NCBI GenBank assembly: GCA_934486825.1
Contig: CAKSQF010000001.1
Location: 34,905 to 98,904 of the forward strand
Length of the DNA: 64,000 nt
Source of the DNA: an uncultured Eubacteriales bacterium
GTDB lineage: Bacteria; Bacillota; Clostridia; Oscillospirales; CAG-272
Direction of reading: 5' to 3'
Positions 31,057 to 40,599 of this stretch are shown here, one piece after another (position 1 is the stretch's first letter; each line of letters starts with the position of its first letter). The translations under genes were made by a program, and so were the position numbers. Below the pieces are notes generated by a model, which was not told the origin of the DNA, did no database searches, and saw only the letters and a program-made list of their open reading frames with translations.

Positions 31057-32346
31057 TTATTCCTCTGCTTTTACGACTGCGGCATCCTTGCAGAGCTTCA
31101 GAGCCTTGTCGGCGGCAAGATCGGCTTTGATATCCTCGGGATCGACAAGCGATCTGACCTTCTCAAGCTCTACCGAGTATGTGTCGGAGAGACGTTTGAG
31201 TTCGGTCTCAACCTCTTCCTCGCTGACTTCGATTTTTTCAAGTTCCGCAATCTTTTCAAGCGCAAGACGGAGCTTTACCTGTCTTTCTGCCTGCGGACGC
31301 ATTCTTTCGCGCAGCTGGTCAAGGGTGATGCCCATGTACTTGATGTAATCGGAAAGCTTGAGTCCCTGCATCTGGAGACGGCTGTCAAAGTCGCGGAGCT
31401 GATTTTCGGTCTCGGAGACAAACATCGGCTCCGGAATATCGGCAACAAGCTTTTCAACAAGCGCAGCCACAACCTGATCGGTAACGGCGGAATCCGCTCT
31501 GTCGGCAGCTGCTTTTTCAAGTTTAGCCTTTACATCGGCTTCATATTCAGCAACAGTGTTGAATTCCGAAACGTCTTTTACGAATTCGTCATCAAATTCG
31601 GGAAGAACCGTCTCCTTGATCGCGTTGATCTTGGTTTTGAAGACAACGGGAGCGCCTGCGAGCTCTTTTGCGTGGTAATCCTCGGGGAAGCTGACATTTA
31701 CGTCAAATTCCTCACCGACATTGTGACCGACGATCGCTTCTTCAAATCCTGGGATAAAGGTTCCGGAGCCGAGCTTCAGATCAAAATCTTCGCCCTTACC
31801 TCCTTCAAAAGGAGTGCCGTCCTTAAAACCTTCGTAGTTGATGTTTGCGGTGTCGCCTTCCTTGGCGGGACGACCTTCAACATCGGTTGTTCTTGAATTT
31901 CTCTCGCGGACGCGGTCTATTTCGGCTTTAACGGCTTCATCGGTGACAGCGTCCTCATGACGGGTCACCTCAATGCCTTTGTAACCTTCGATCGAAATCT
32001 CGGGCTTTGTATATACCTTTGCGGTGAAGAGAACGCCCTCTTCCTCGGAAGCCGACTTGACGTCATATTCGGGAGCGGAAACCGCCTTTATGCCGGACTC
32101 CTTGAGAGCGGCTTCATATGTCGGCGGAACCAGCTCTTCAAGAGCATCTTCAAAGAAAAATCCCTTGCCGTACATTTTTTCGATAAGGTTGCGGGGCGCG
32201 TGACCCTTGCGGAAGCCGGGAAGCTGTATTGCACCTTTTCTCTTGTTGTAGGATTTGGTTACAGCAGCCGAGAAGGATGCGGCATCAATTTCACATTCGA
32301 GAACCGCAATGTTCTTTTCGTCTCTGTTTACATTTTTCAGACTCAT
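31057..32346 (-). CDS. tig: Trigger factor
   Basis: The N-terminal ribosome-binding region has GFRKGHAPR, and a central FKBP-type PPIase has FIPGFEEAIVGH. It is 429 aa and sits in the tig-clpP-clpX arrangement. Confidence 0.95.
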   Translation of the reverse strand: MSLKNVNRDEKNIAVLECEIDAASFSAAVTKSYNKRKGAIQLPGFRKGHAPRNLIEKMYGKGFFFEDALEELVPPTYEAALKESGIKAVSAPEYDVKSASEEEGVLFTAKVYTKPEISIEGYKGIEVTRHEDAVTDEAVKAEIDRVRERNSRTTDVEGRPAKEGDTANINYEGFKDGTPFEGGKGEDFDLKLGSGTFIPGFEEAIVGHNVGEEFDVNVSFPEDYHAKELAGAPVVFKTKINAIKETVLPEFDDEFVKDVSEFNTVAEYEADVKAKLEKAAADRADSAVTDQVVAALVEKLVADIPEPMFVSETENQLRDFDSRLQMQGLKLSDYIKYMGITLDQLRERMRPQAERQVKLRLALEKIAELEKIEVSEEEVETELKRLSDTYSVELEKVRSLVDPEDIKADLAADKALKLCKDAAVVKAEE

Positions 32347-32391
32347 TTTATTATCCTCCGTTTTTAGTCATACCATTTCACATACTCTGCT

Positions 32392-32420
32392 ATTGTAAAA
32401 CAAAAGAGAGCTTTTGTCAA
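32392..32420 (-). promoter_or_regulatory. Sigma-70 promoter of tig (minus strand)
   Basis: On the minus strand it reads TTGACA, a 17-nt spacer, then TACAAT. Confidence 0.65.
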
Positions 32421-32481
32421 GACTTTAAAAGAAAAAAGTAAAGATTTTGCCGCCTGTCCGAACCCAAATGACACAAAAAAG

Positions 32482-33186
32482 TCACGAACCGACTATTCTG
32501 TACGGTCTGAAGTTCAGAAAATCGGACGAACACAACGTAAATTCTATTCCCTCGGCAACCGTTGTTGCGGGAATTTTGTAAAGACCGTGAATGTGTCCGA
32601 AGAAGCATCTGCGGATGTTGTACTCATGCAAAATGTCAATAAGCTCCCGGCAAACGTAATCGCCGAACAGAGGCGGAAAATGAAATATCACAATCCGCTC
32701 TCCCCGCATGCCGACCGATGCGTCAAGCGACATACGCAGCCTAAGCGCCTCCCTTGCAACGATCTTTTCGTAATCCGCGTTTTCGGGAGCGTTTGTGCTG
32801 TCGCTGTACCACCCGCGGGTGCCGCAGATTACAAATCCGTCGCGCTCTATTGCATTGTTCTGCAAAAAATCAATGTTCGTTATGTTGTTCGCCGATAAAA
32901 AAGCGCGGTTTTTGGAAAGAGTGTTCCACCAGTAATCATGATTGCCGCGCAGGAATATCTTCCTGCCGGGCAGTGACGCGATCAGCCGCAGATCGTCTGC
33001 GGCTTCGTCGAGTGAAATGCCCCACGATATGTCGCCGCCGATTATGACTGTGTCATTATCGGTGACAGAGTCATTCCAGTTTGATACGATCTTGCAGTCG
33101 TGATCCTTCCAGCGCGAACCGAAGATGCCCATCGGTTTGCCGACTCCGGTGGACAGGTGAGTGTCCGAGAGAATATAAAGTGCCAT
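32482..33186 (-). CDS. Calcineurin-like metallophosphoesterase
   Basis: Carries the SDTHL, GGDISW, GNHDYWW and GHIH metal-ligand motifs. Confidence 0.75.
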   Translation of the reverse strand: MALYILSDTHLSTGVGKPMGIFGSRWKDHDCKIVSNWNDSVTDNDTVIIGGDISWGISLDEAADDLRLIASLPGRKIFLRGNHDYWWNTLSKNRAFLSANNITNIDFLQNNAIERDGFVICGTRGWYSDSTNAPENADYEKIVAREALRLRMSLDASVGMRGERIVIFHFPPLFGDYVCRELIDILHEYNIRRCFFGHIHGLYKIPATTVAEGIEFTLCSSDFLNFRPYRIVGS

Positions 33187-33263
33187 TTATTGCCTTTCTT
33201 TCAGTGTTCTGTCCGAATAATCGGACAATTTTGAGCAATACTTTTTCAGAGAGGTGATTACTG

Positions 33264-33443
33264 ATGGAAACCGGAGAAAACGGTAAACAAACGAAGAACA
33301 AAAAGATTGTCTGTAATGTAAAGAATTGCAGCTTCCACAGGGGAGAATGTGACTGTACCGCCGATACGGTGGCAGTGGGTCCGACATTTGCAAACAGTTC
33401 GTCGGATACCGTCTGTGCGACTTTCAAACCAAAGAATCAATAA
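33264..33443 (+). CDS. DUF1540-like small cysteine-rich protein (59 aa; absent from the supplied ORF track)
   Basis: My manual translation gives METGENGKQTKNKKIVCNVKNCSFHRGECDCTADTVAVGPTFANSSSDTVCATFKPKNQ. The CxVxNCxxH...C.A..I.VGP...DT.C.TF pattern is the DUF1540 signature. RBS is GAGAGGTGA. Confidence 0.7.
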   Translation: METGENGKQTKNKKIVCNVKNCSFHRGECDCTADTVAVGPTFANSSSDTVCATFKPKNQ

Positions 33444-34911
33444 AGCTGTTCACGGCAGACTTCATTTCGTCCGCTTTCACAAGACTGTGGAAGCGGATGT
33501 CCTTTGAGATGACCGACCATAAAGGCGCAGGGATAGCTGTTTCGGTGTAATCGGAAAGACGCATGAACAGCTCGCTGTCTTCTCCGGTACTTTCAAGACC
33601 GAGCGCACGGCAGACCGCAGGCGCAAATTTGTAAGGAGACGCGGTCGATACGACAAGTATCGGTCTGTCCTTGTCGGTGCGCTCCTCCGCATACATTTCG
33701 GCTGCCTTGAAGGCGACCGCCGTGTGAGTGTCCGAAAGGTAGGCATAGCGTTCGAAAACAGAGGCGATTTCGGCAAGACAATCAGCCTCGTCGCACCATT
33801 TCCCGACAAAATCGGAGTTTATGGCTTCAAGGACGCTGCCGTCAACCGTGTATCTGCCGTTTGTGTTAAGCTCACGCATGTATTCCGAACAACGCTCGTG
33901 TCCTGCGGTAAGACAGATCAGCCGTTCAAGATTTGAAGAAATCAGTATGTCCATTGACGGAGATACGGTTGTATGAAACGGACGGTTCCTGTCGTAGGTT
34001 CCGGTTGTCAGAAAATCGGTGAGAACATTATTATCATTTGATGCACAGATCAGCTTCCCGATCGGGAGTCCCATCTTTTTTGCGATGTATGCGGCAAGGA
34101 TATTGCCGAAGTTTCCCGTCGGAACGCAGATGTCAAGTCTGTCGCCGAAGCCGATACGTCCGTTTGCTACCATATCACAGTATGCCGATACGTAGTAAAC
34201 GACCTGCGGGACAAGTCTGCCCCAGTTTATCGAGTTTGCGGATGACAGGAAAATTCCCTTTTCTTCAAGCTCGGAGCGGTATTCTGTGTCGGCAAACAGC
34301 TTTTTTACACCGGTCTGCGCATCGTCAAAGTTTCCGTCTATCGCCGTGACGTTTACATTTGATCCTTCCTGCGTCTGCATCTGACGCTTCTGCGTCTCGG
34401 ACACGCCGCGGTCGGGATAAAATACCGATATCGCGGTCTGCGGGACATCTCGGAAGCCTTCAAGTGCGGCTTTGCCGGTATCGCCGGAGGTTGCGACGAG
34501 AATCAGAGCTTTTTTCTGCTCCCCCGTGATCGACAGTGCGCCGGAAAGCAGTCTCGGCATTATCTGAAGCGCCATGTCCTTGAATGCCGACGTGGGACCG
34601 TGCCAAAGCTCAAGTACATACAGATGCTCGTCGAGCTTTTTGACAGGAGCGATCTCTCCGTCAAATTTGTCCGAATATGCGGCGCGCGCATCGCTTAAAA
34701 GCCTGTCATAGCCGTATTCGGGCAGATAAAGCGAAAGGATTGTTGCCGCACGTTCGGGATAGTCCGCACCGATCAGCTTTTCCCACATTTGTCCGGATAT
34801 TTCGGGGAAGACGGTGGGCATATAAAGCCCGCCGTCATCGCAAAGTCCCTTCTTTATTGCCTCGGCAGCCGATATTTCTTCCTTGTTTTCTCTTGTGCTT
34901 CTGTACTTCAT
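33424..34911 (-). CDS. thrC: Threonine synthase (long form)
   Basis: MKYRSTRENKEEISAAEAIKKGL is the typical N-terminus, and GPTSAFKDMALQ holds the PLP lysine. The ATG is at 34911. Confidence 0.92.
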   Translation of the reverse strand: MKYRSTRENKEEISAAEAIKKGLCDDGGLYMPTVFPEISGQMWEKLIGADYPERAATILSLYLPEYGYDRLLSDARAAYSDKFDGEIAPVKKLDEHLYVLELWHGPTSAFKDMALQIMPRLLSGALSITGEQKKALILVATSGDTGKAALEGFRDVPQTAISVFYPDRGVSETQKRQMQTQEGSNVNVTAIDGNFDDAQTGVKKLFADTEYRSELEEKGIFLSSANSINWGRLVPQVVYYVSAYCDMVANGRIGFGDRLDICVPTGNFGNILAAYIAKKMGLPIGKLICASNDNNVLTDFLTTGTYDRNRPFHTTVSPSMDILISSNLERLICLTAGHERCSEYMRELNTNGRYTVDGSVLEAINSDFVGKWCDEADCLAEIASVFERYAYLSDTHTAVAFKAAEMYAEERTDKDRPILVVSTASPYKFAPAVCRALGLESTGEDSELFMRLSDYTETAIPAPLWSVISKDIRFHSLVKADEMKSAVNSFIDSLV

Positions 34912-34928
34912 TTGATTTCCTCTGAATT

Positions 34929-35921
34929 TCAGTTTATTATGTCGTGAGATATGGGTGTGTAAAATAATTCCTTTATTTTTTTCGGGTCGCTTGTCTGCCC
35001 GAGAATCCACATAAGCTTTGTCGTGATCGCTTCAAGAGTCATGTCGTATGCTTCCATAAGATCGAGTGACTCTTTTGCCGACATGCCGACCTCGTAGATT
35101 TCCATGTCACTGCCCTCGTGCGATACCTGTGTCGTCATTACAACGGTGACGCCCGAGTCGATAAGCCGCTTCAGTGCGCCGATGAAATCCCCGTTTGCAT
35201 AGCAGGGAATACCGCCGACGCCGAACGATTCGATGACAATTGCACGGTATCTGCCGGAAAGCCTGTCAAGAATCCACGGATCGGCACCCGGGATCAGCTT
35301 GTATACGAATATTTCCGGGTCAAGCTTTCCGTAAAAGACAGGTTGCCCGTCGGACCTTTCGCTTATATAGTTTATTATTTTCCTGTCGCGTATGTGTGCA
35401 AGCTCGGGGAAGTCAATGGATGAGAATGCGTTGAACGATTTCGATCTCGTTTTCTTCGCGCGGGTGCCGATTATCACCTTTCCGTCAAAAACAACACTGA
35501 CCCCGCCCGCATAATCGCTCGCCGCATACATGAACGCACCGATCAGATTGTTTCTTGCGTCGGTGTCACGCAGATAGATCGATTTCTGAGAGCCGGTGAG
35601 AACTATCGGCTTCGGACTGCTTTGTATCATGTATGACAGAGCGGCAGAGGTGTATGCCATGGTGTCGGTGCCGTGTGTAATTACAAACCCGTCGTAGAGG
35701 TCATAGTTTTCTTTTATAGCCGCCGCAATTCTGATCCAGTGCTCGTGCGTGATGTTCGTACTGTCTATGCAGAAAAGGGAAAGCGTGTCAATGTCGGCGA
35801 TATCGGCGACCTCCGGCACAAAGCCGATTATTTCCTCCGAACTGATCGTCGGAACAAGTCCGTTTTCGGTTGATTTAGAAGCGATCGTTCCTCCGGTCGC
35901 TATAAGAAGGATTTTTTTCAT
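34929..35921 (-). CDS. ansA: L-asparaginase, type I
   Basis: Carries ATGGTIAS and THGTDTMAYT catalytic motifs. It is 330 aa. Confidence 0.88.
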   Translation of the reverse strand: MKKILLIATGGTIASKSTENGLVPTISSEEIIGFVPEVADIADIDTLSLFCIDSTNITHEHWIRIAAAIKENYDLYDGFVITHGTDTMAYTSAALSYMIQSSPKPIVLTGSQKSIYLRDTDARNNLIGAFMYAASDYAGGVSVVFDGKVIIGTRAKKTRSKSFNAFSSIDFPELAHIRDRKIINYISERSDGQPVFYGKLDPEIFVYKLIPGADPWILDRLSGRYRAIVIESFGVGGIPCYANGDFIGALKRLIDSGVTVVMTTQVSHEGSDMEIYEVGMSAKESLDLMEAYDMTLEAITTKLMWILGQTSDPKKIKELFYTPISHDIIN

Positions 35922-35957
35922 TTGTTCGCAGTTCCTTTGCGTTTGCGCTTTTGAAGC

Positions 35958-36392
35958 TTATCTTCGTCCGAAAGCGTTCGGAATATGCTTGAAACGCATA
36001 AGTATAAACTCACCGTACCGGTTGTAATATACTTCGACGACATCGATCCGCGGGCGTCCGATGCTCGGATGGGATTTCAGATAATCGTCGGCGGCGGTTA
36101 TTATGTGCGCCCGCTTGCGGTAATCGACCGCATCCGACGGACGTCCGTATTTTCGCAGATTGTCCGATTCCTCGCGTGCCTTGACTTCGATAAATGCAAG
36201 AATATCGTCTTTCTTCATGATAAGGTCTATTTCGCCGCCCCTTACGCGGTAGTTGCGGAACAACAGCTCATACCCCTGTCCGGCGAGATAGTGTGCAACC
36301 GCTCCCTCAAAGCACTGCCCGATGCCGAAACGTCCGCCGGACGGTCCGCATGTTTCCGCATGCGCCTGCCCGACCTTTTTCCCGAATATCAT
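35958..36392 (-). CDS. yraN: YraN-family (UPF0102) endonuclease-fold protein
   Basis: Carries GEIDLIMKKDDILAFIEVKAR, a PD-(D/E)xK-like motif. It overlaps the rnhB stop, which is the typical rnhB-yraN linkage. Confidence 0.75.
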   Translation of the reverse strand: MIFGKKVGQAHAETCGPSGGRFGIGQCFEGAVAHYLAGQGYELLFRNYRVRGGEIDLIMKKDDILAFIEVKAREESDNLRKYGRPSDAVDYRKRAHIITAADDYLKSHPSIGRPRIDVVEVYYNRYGEFILMRFKHIPNAFGRR

Positions 36393-37012
36393 TTCTTTTC
36401 ACACTCTTTGCAGTCTTTTTTCAAAAAGCCCATAAAGCTTTTTCTGTGTACCGGAGAAACTCCGTATTTCCGTATCATTTCCATGTGATGAGCGGTGCCG
36501 TAGCCTTTGTGTCCGGTAAAGCCGTATTCCGGATATTCGCGGTCAAGCTCGGCACACAGACGGTCTCTGCTGACCTTTGCAAGTATTGATGCGGCGGCTA
36601 TCGACATCGAAAGGCTGTCGCCCTTGATGATCGTAAGCGTGTCGGTGTCAAAGCCTCTCGCAATGTTCCCGTCAACAAGGACGAGGTCGGGGTGCGGTTC
36701 AAGTCCCGCAACGGCACGCCTCATCGCAAGCTGTGATGCGTTGAGAATGTTCATTGAATCGATCTCTTCAACCGATGAAGACGCTATGCAGTATGAGATG
36801 GCTTCCGAACGGATCAGATCAAAAAGCCGTTCCCGCTTTTTTTCGGAAAGCTTTTTGGAATCGTTCAGCCCGTCTATAAACAGCCCGTCCGGAAGGATTA
36901 CCGCGGCGGCAAAGACCGGTCCGGCAAGCGGACCTCTCCCGGCTTCGTCGGTTCCGGCAACGACGGTGTATCCTTTTTCGTGCGCCGATAGTTCGTAATC
37001 ATATGTCGGCAT
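36389..37012 (-). CDS. rnhB: Ribonuclease HII
   Basis: Carries GTDEAGRGPLAGPV and DSKKLSEKKRE. Confidence 0.93.
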   Translation of the reverse strand: MPTYDYELSAHEKGYTVVAGTDEAGRGPLAGPVFAAAVILPDGLFIDGLNDSKKLSEKKRERLFDLIRSEAISYCIASSSVEEIDSMNILNASQLAMRRAVAGLEPHPDLVLVDGNIARGFDTDTLTIIKGDSLSMSIAAASILAKVSRDRLCAELDREYPEYGFTGHKGYGTAHHMEMIRKYGVSPVHRKSFMGFLKKDCKECEKK

Positions 37013-37910
37013 CTGCTGTCAGCTCCTTTTTGACGGCACTTTTCGGCGTGGGCGGATATTCAAGCGTTATTCTGCCGATCTTTCCGCTTCTGAATTCGTC
37101 GAGAAGAACCGACGCCGTGCGCTCTTCGTTGACTTCACCGCCGCTTATCAGAAGCCCGCGCTTTCTTCCGATCAGTGTGAACAGCTCGTAATCGGTGATA
37201 TCGGCAATCTCGTCTTCACTCAGTCTGTATCTTGCGCAGAGCAGGGCGGGTGCGATCTTTCGCAGTCTGCCGCAGAGTATGACGGCAATTTCATCGGTGT
37301 TGAGTATCCTGTCCTTGATTGCACCGGTTATTGCGAGATTTTCGCCTACCCGCCTGTCGTTGAATTTCGGCCAGAGAACGCCGGGCATGTCAAGCAGTTC
37401 GATCCCGTAAGGGGTGACAACCCATTGCTTGTCAAGTGTCACACCCGGTCGGTTTTCGACCTTTGCCTTTTTTGTTTTGGAGAATCTGTTGATAAAAGAC
37501 GACTTGCCGACATTCGGAATACCGACAACCATAGCCCGCAACGCCTTGTTTGCCATGCCTTTTTCTTTGTATCTTGCGATTTTTTCGGCAAGAAGATTTC
37601 TGACTGTCGGCTCTATCTCGGACATACCCGCCCCGCTGACGAAATCACACGGAATGCAGGGGAGCCCGATCGACCTGTAATATTTTTTCCACTGTTCTCC
37701 CATTGACGGATCGGCAAGGGTTGATTTTGAAAAAAGAATAAGTCTCGGTTTGCCCTTGCAAATGCGGTCGATCTCGGGATTTTTGGACGAAATGGGTATG
37801 CGGGCATCGACTATCTCTATTACAAGATCGACGAGCGGAAGACATTCGCCCATCATGCGCCGCGTTTTTGCCATGTGTCCCGGGAACCATTGTATAATTT
37901 CCGAAGGCAT
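36999..37910 (-). CDS. rbgA: Ribosome biogenesis GTPase A (YlqF/RbgA), circularly permuted GTPase
   Basis: Carries IQWFPGHMAK, DARIP and GIPNVGKSSFIN. Confidence 0.92.
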   Translation of the reverse strand: MPSEIIQWFPGHMAKTRRMMGECLPLVDLVIEIVDARIPISSKNPEIDRICKGKPRLILFSKSTLADPSMGEQWKKYYRSIGLPCIPCDFVSGAGMSEIEPTVRNLLAEKIARYKEKGMANKALRAMVVGIPNVGKSSFINRFSKTKKAKVENRPGVTLDKQWVVTPYGIELLDMPGVLWPKFNDRRVGENLAITGAIKDRILNTDEIAVILCGRLRKIAPALLCARYRLSEDEIADITDYELFTLIGRKRGLLISGGEVNEERTASVLLDEFRSGKIGRITLEYPPTPKSAVKKELTADADI

Positions 37911-37957
37911 CGTTGGATGTCCTCCTTCCTTGTTTTTTGCTTTTTATGTGTTTTTGC

Positions 37958-39091
37958 TTATTCGATCTTTCCGAACCTGCCGAGCGGAAGGACGCGGAAG
38001 ATCGCTTTTCCGATAATGCGTCTCTCGTCTATGAAGCCGAAATAACGGCTGTCCTTTGATACTCCGCGATTGTCCCCGAGAACGAAAACACAGCCTTCGG
38101 GGACGGTCCCTTCCCAGCAGTAGTTTTCGTCCGGAACAAGATTTTCGCGCGGGATATTGATGTTTGTATCCCTGTTGACATATTCCTCTTTCAGAAGCGC
38201 TCCGTTCAGCCACACTTCTCCTGTCGTGAAATTGATCTTTACGGTATCTCCACCCATTGCTATGATGCGTTTTACGATCGGTTCGGTCGGCTGTGTCGGC
38301 TCCTGAATAATGACGATGTCTCCGTAGCTTACGGAGCCGATGTTCGAGATGAGCAGAACATCATACTTGTCGGTGCTTGTGTCAACCGTGACCCCGGATG
38401 ACTGATTTCCGATCAGCGTCGGATACATCGATGAACCTTCGACCGGCGAATGACGTATAAAGAGCGACATTACAATCAGTACAAATCCGATCGCATACGC
38501 AAAAAGTTCGTACCAGTCAAAAACATGTGCCGAGAACGACTGACCGCCGATCTCCTTCTTTTCGTCTGCATGGGTGACGCAGACAGTATCGCCGTATACC
38601 GCGGTTTCGAGGCTTTCGAAACTGTCGTAATTTGTCGGGGTACAAGCCTCAGCGATATCGTTTTCGGCTTCACTGCTCCTGTATGATATGAAGCTGTGCG
38701 GAAATTGTTCGGATGCGGGAATACTGTAAAAAACGATTGTGAGAACATACCCGGTCCCCGAACTGTCAAGCGCATCGGTGACCGGTGCAACAAATTCGCT
38801 GTCAATCAGTGAAAGAACCTGCGGATCGTCGGGGTTTCCCGGTGCAATGCAGATAAACGAGCTGTTTTCCCGGTCGGAGGTCGAATCGGGAAGCGAACAG
38901 TCGGATATTGCACGCAGTGCGGCGTCCCGGAGATTACCGTAGAAATCAAAGAAATCGGTGCAGTCGCTGTCGGCAAAGTAACCGGTTTTTCCGGTATGCA
39001 ATATTTTTCCGAGCGCCGTGTCATCGTCGGCGGAAAGTCGGACGGGATCTATTGATTCTGCTGCTTTGCAGAGTAAAAAAATATATTTCAA
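37958..39091 (-). CDS. lepB: Signal peptidase I with a ~195-aa N-terminal extension (start uncertain, no in-frame ATG)
   Basis: The catalytic region has VEGSSMYPTL, VKRIIAMGGDTV and VLGDNRGVSKDSRYFGFI. A TM helix FAYAIGFVLIVMSLFI precedes it. The open frame extends to the TTG at 39106, and a second TTG at 39091 lies 8 nt after GAGGG. Confidence 0.8.
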   Translation of the reverse strand: MKYIFLLCKAAESIDPVRLSADDDTALGKILHTGKTGYFADSDCTDFFDFYGNLRDAALRAISDCSLPDSTSDRENSSFICIAPGNPDDPQVLSLIDSEFVAPVTDALDSSGTGYVLTIVFYSIPASEQFPHSFISYRSSEAENDIAEACTPTNYDSFESLETAVYGDTVCVTHADEKKEIGGQSFSAHVFDWYELFAYAIGFVLIVMSLFIRHSPVEGSSMYPTLIGNQSSGVTVDTSTDKYDVLLISNIGSVSYGDIVIIQEPTQPTEPIVKRIIAMGGDTVKINFTTGEVWLNGALLKEEYVNRDTNINIPRENLVPDENYCWEGTVPEGCVFVLGDNRGVSKDSRYFGFIDERRIIGKAIFRVLPLGRFGKIE

Positions 39092-39240
39092 GTTGATTGC
39101 CCTCAATTCGTTCTGAGCTTTGAAAAAATTTAAAACACGATCATTATATCATAAGCGGAGTAAAAAGTCAACTGTTTTGTCTTTGTATTTCGGTTTGCGG
39201 CGATATCGCGCAAAGAGTACAAAAAATCGGTAAAAAGATA

Positions 39241-39269
39241 TTGAAAAACGTGATAGGGTGTGATATAAT
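39241..39269 (+). promoter_or_regulatory. Sigma-70 promoter
   Basis: TTGAAA (39241-39246), a 17-nt spacer with TG, then TATAAT (39264-39269). Confidence 0.6.
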
Positions 39270-39307
39270 AAAATGGTTGCGAGTATGAAAAAATAAGGAG
39301 ACGACAA

Positions 39308-39763
39308 ATGAAAACAGATATTAAAGAACTGCTTGACAAAATGCTTGATGCCGACGATACCGCCCCTGTTGAAATAGTAAATGACAGAGATGAAAAGGCG
39401 CGGTTCAGTCAGGTCGCACTTGTGCCTGTAACGGTCGATTCGGAGGAATACGAAGGTGAAAAAACAGAGCATTATTTTGCTTTTCTCCAGCCGATCGACG
39501 AAGACGATCAGAAGACCGGTGATACCGTCATATTTGACATTTCGGTCGGACACGGTGAAAAATACACCATTGATGTCGTTACCGATCCTTATCTCATAAA
39601 CGAGCTTTACTCCGAATATCAGAAGATGAGAAAGAACGACGACGGAGAAGAGGATGAGGCTCTTGCCGAGCTTGACGAAGAGATTGCCGAAGACATAAAA
39701 GAGGCTGAAAAGCCGAAAAAGCGTTCCGGATTTTTCGGAAGACTGTTTGGTAAAAAGGACTGA
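39308..39763 (+). CDS. Hypothetical acidic protein (possibly DUF1292-like)
   Basis: A 151-aa, strongly acidic protein with AAGGAG RBS. Its resemblance to DUF1292 (E-rich, YFAFLQPIDEDD) is weak. Confidence 0.35.
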   Translation: MKTDIKELLDKMLDADDTAPVEIVNDRDEKARFSQVALVPVTVDSEEYEGEKTEHYFAFLQPIDEDDQKTGDTVIFDISVGHGEKYTIDVVTDPYLINELYSEYQKMRKNDDGEEDEALAELDEEIAEDIKEAEKPKKRSGFFGRLFGKKD

Positions 39764-39770
39764 AGCCGAT

Positions 39771-40580
39771 ATGATCGAAAAAAACCGTATTGAAAAAAAA
39801 CACGATGTAAAATGCGTTATGCTCGATCTTGACGGCACGGTCTACCTCGGAAGCAGACTCTTTGATTTTACCTGCGATTTTCTTGAACGTATGCGGAGGA
39901 TCGGCATAAAATATCTGTTTCTGACAAATAACTCATCGATGAGCGCCGATGATTACGTGAAGAAATTCAATCGGCTCGGGATACCCGCAAGGCATGAGGA
40001 TATTCTGACATCGGCACATGCCGCCGCCGATTATATCAACTGCACATATAACAGAAAGCGTGCCTTTGTTATGGGTTCGGAAAGCACGAAGAACGAGCTT
40101 GCGGCACACGGCGTCAATGTCTGCGACGATAAACCGGAAATACTTCTGTCCGCATTTGATTTAAATCTCAGCTACGACACACTTACGCGCTTCACGAATT
40201 ATGTTGCCGCGGGCTATCCGTATATTGCAACGCATCCGGATGTGGTCTGTCCCAATGAGAACGGATTCTGGCCCGATCTCGGAAGCTTTACCGAGCTGAT
40301 TTTTGCCTGCACAGGCAGACGTCCCGAGAAAATATGCGGAAAACCGAGTGAGCAGATACTTGTCGCCGCAGAGCATAAAACCGGATTTTCAAGAGAAAAT
40401 CTTCTGATGGTCGGCGACAGACTCAATACCGATATTGCGCTCGGAGAGCACGGCGTGCGCACCGCACTTGTTCTCACCGGTGAATCGAAAATCGAGGATA
40501 TCCCGGGAGCAAGGATAAGACCGACATATGTTTTTGACAGTATAAAGGAGCTTGGAGAAGCACTGGAAGCAGGGCTTTGA
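39771..40580 (+). CDS. HAD-IIA family hydrolase (NagD-like sugar phosphatase)
   Basis: Carries the DLDGTVY nucleophile motif, LTNNSS, GKP and MVGDRLNTDI. Confidence 0.78.
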   Translation: MIEKNRIEKKHDVKCVMLDLDGTVYLGSRLFDFTCDFLERMRRIGIKYLFLTNNSSMSADDYVKKFNRLGIPARHEDILTSAHAAADYINCTYNRKRAFVMGSESTKNELAAHGVNVCDDKPEILLSAFDLNLSYDTLTRFTNYVAAGYPYIATHPDVVCPNENGFWPDLGSFTELIFACTGRRPEKICGKPSEQILVAAEHKTGFSRENLLMVGDRLNTDIALGEHGVRTALVLTGESKIEDIPGARIRPTYVFDSIKELGEALEAGL

Positions 40581-40599
40581 CCGACGGAGGTCACGTACA

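Noticed and set aside
30979-31896. 305-aa plus-strand ORF
   Set aside because: It is antisense to tig (trigger factor), which has clear motifs and a strong RBS.
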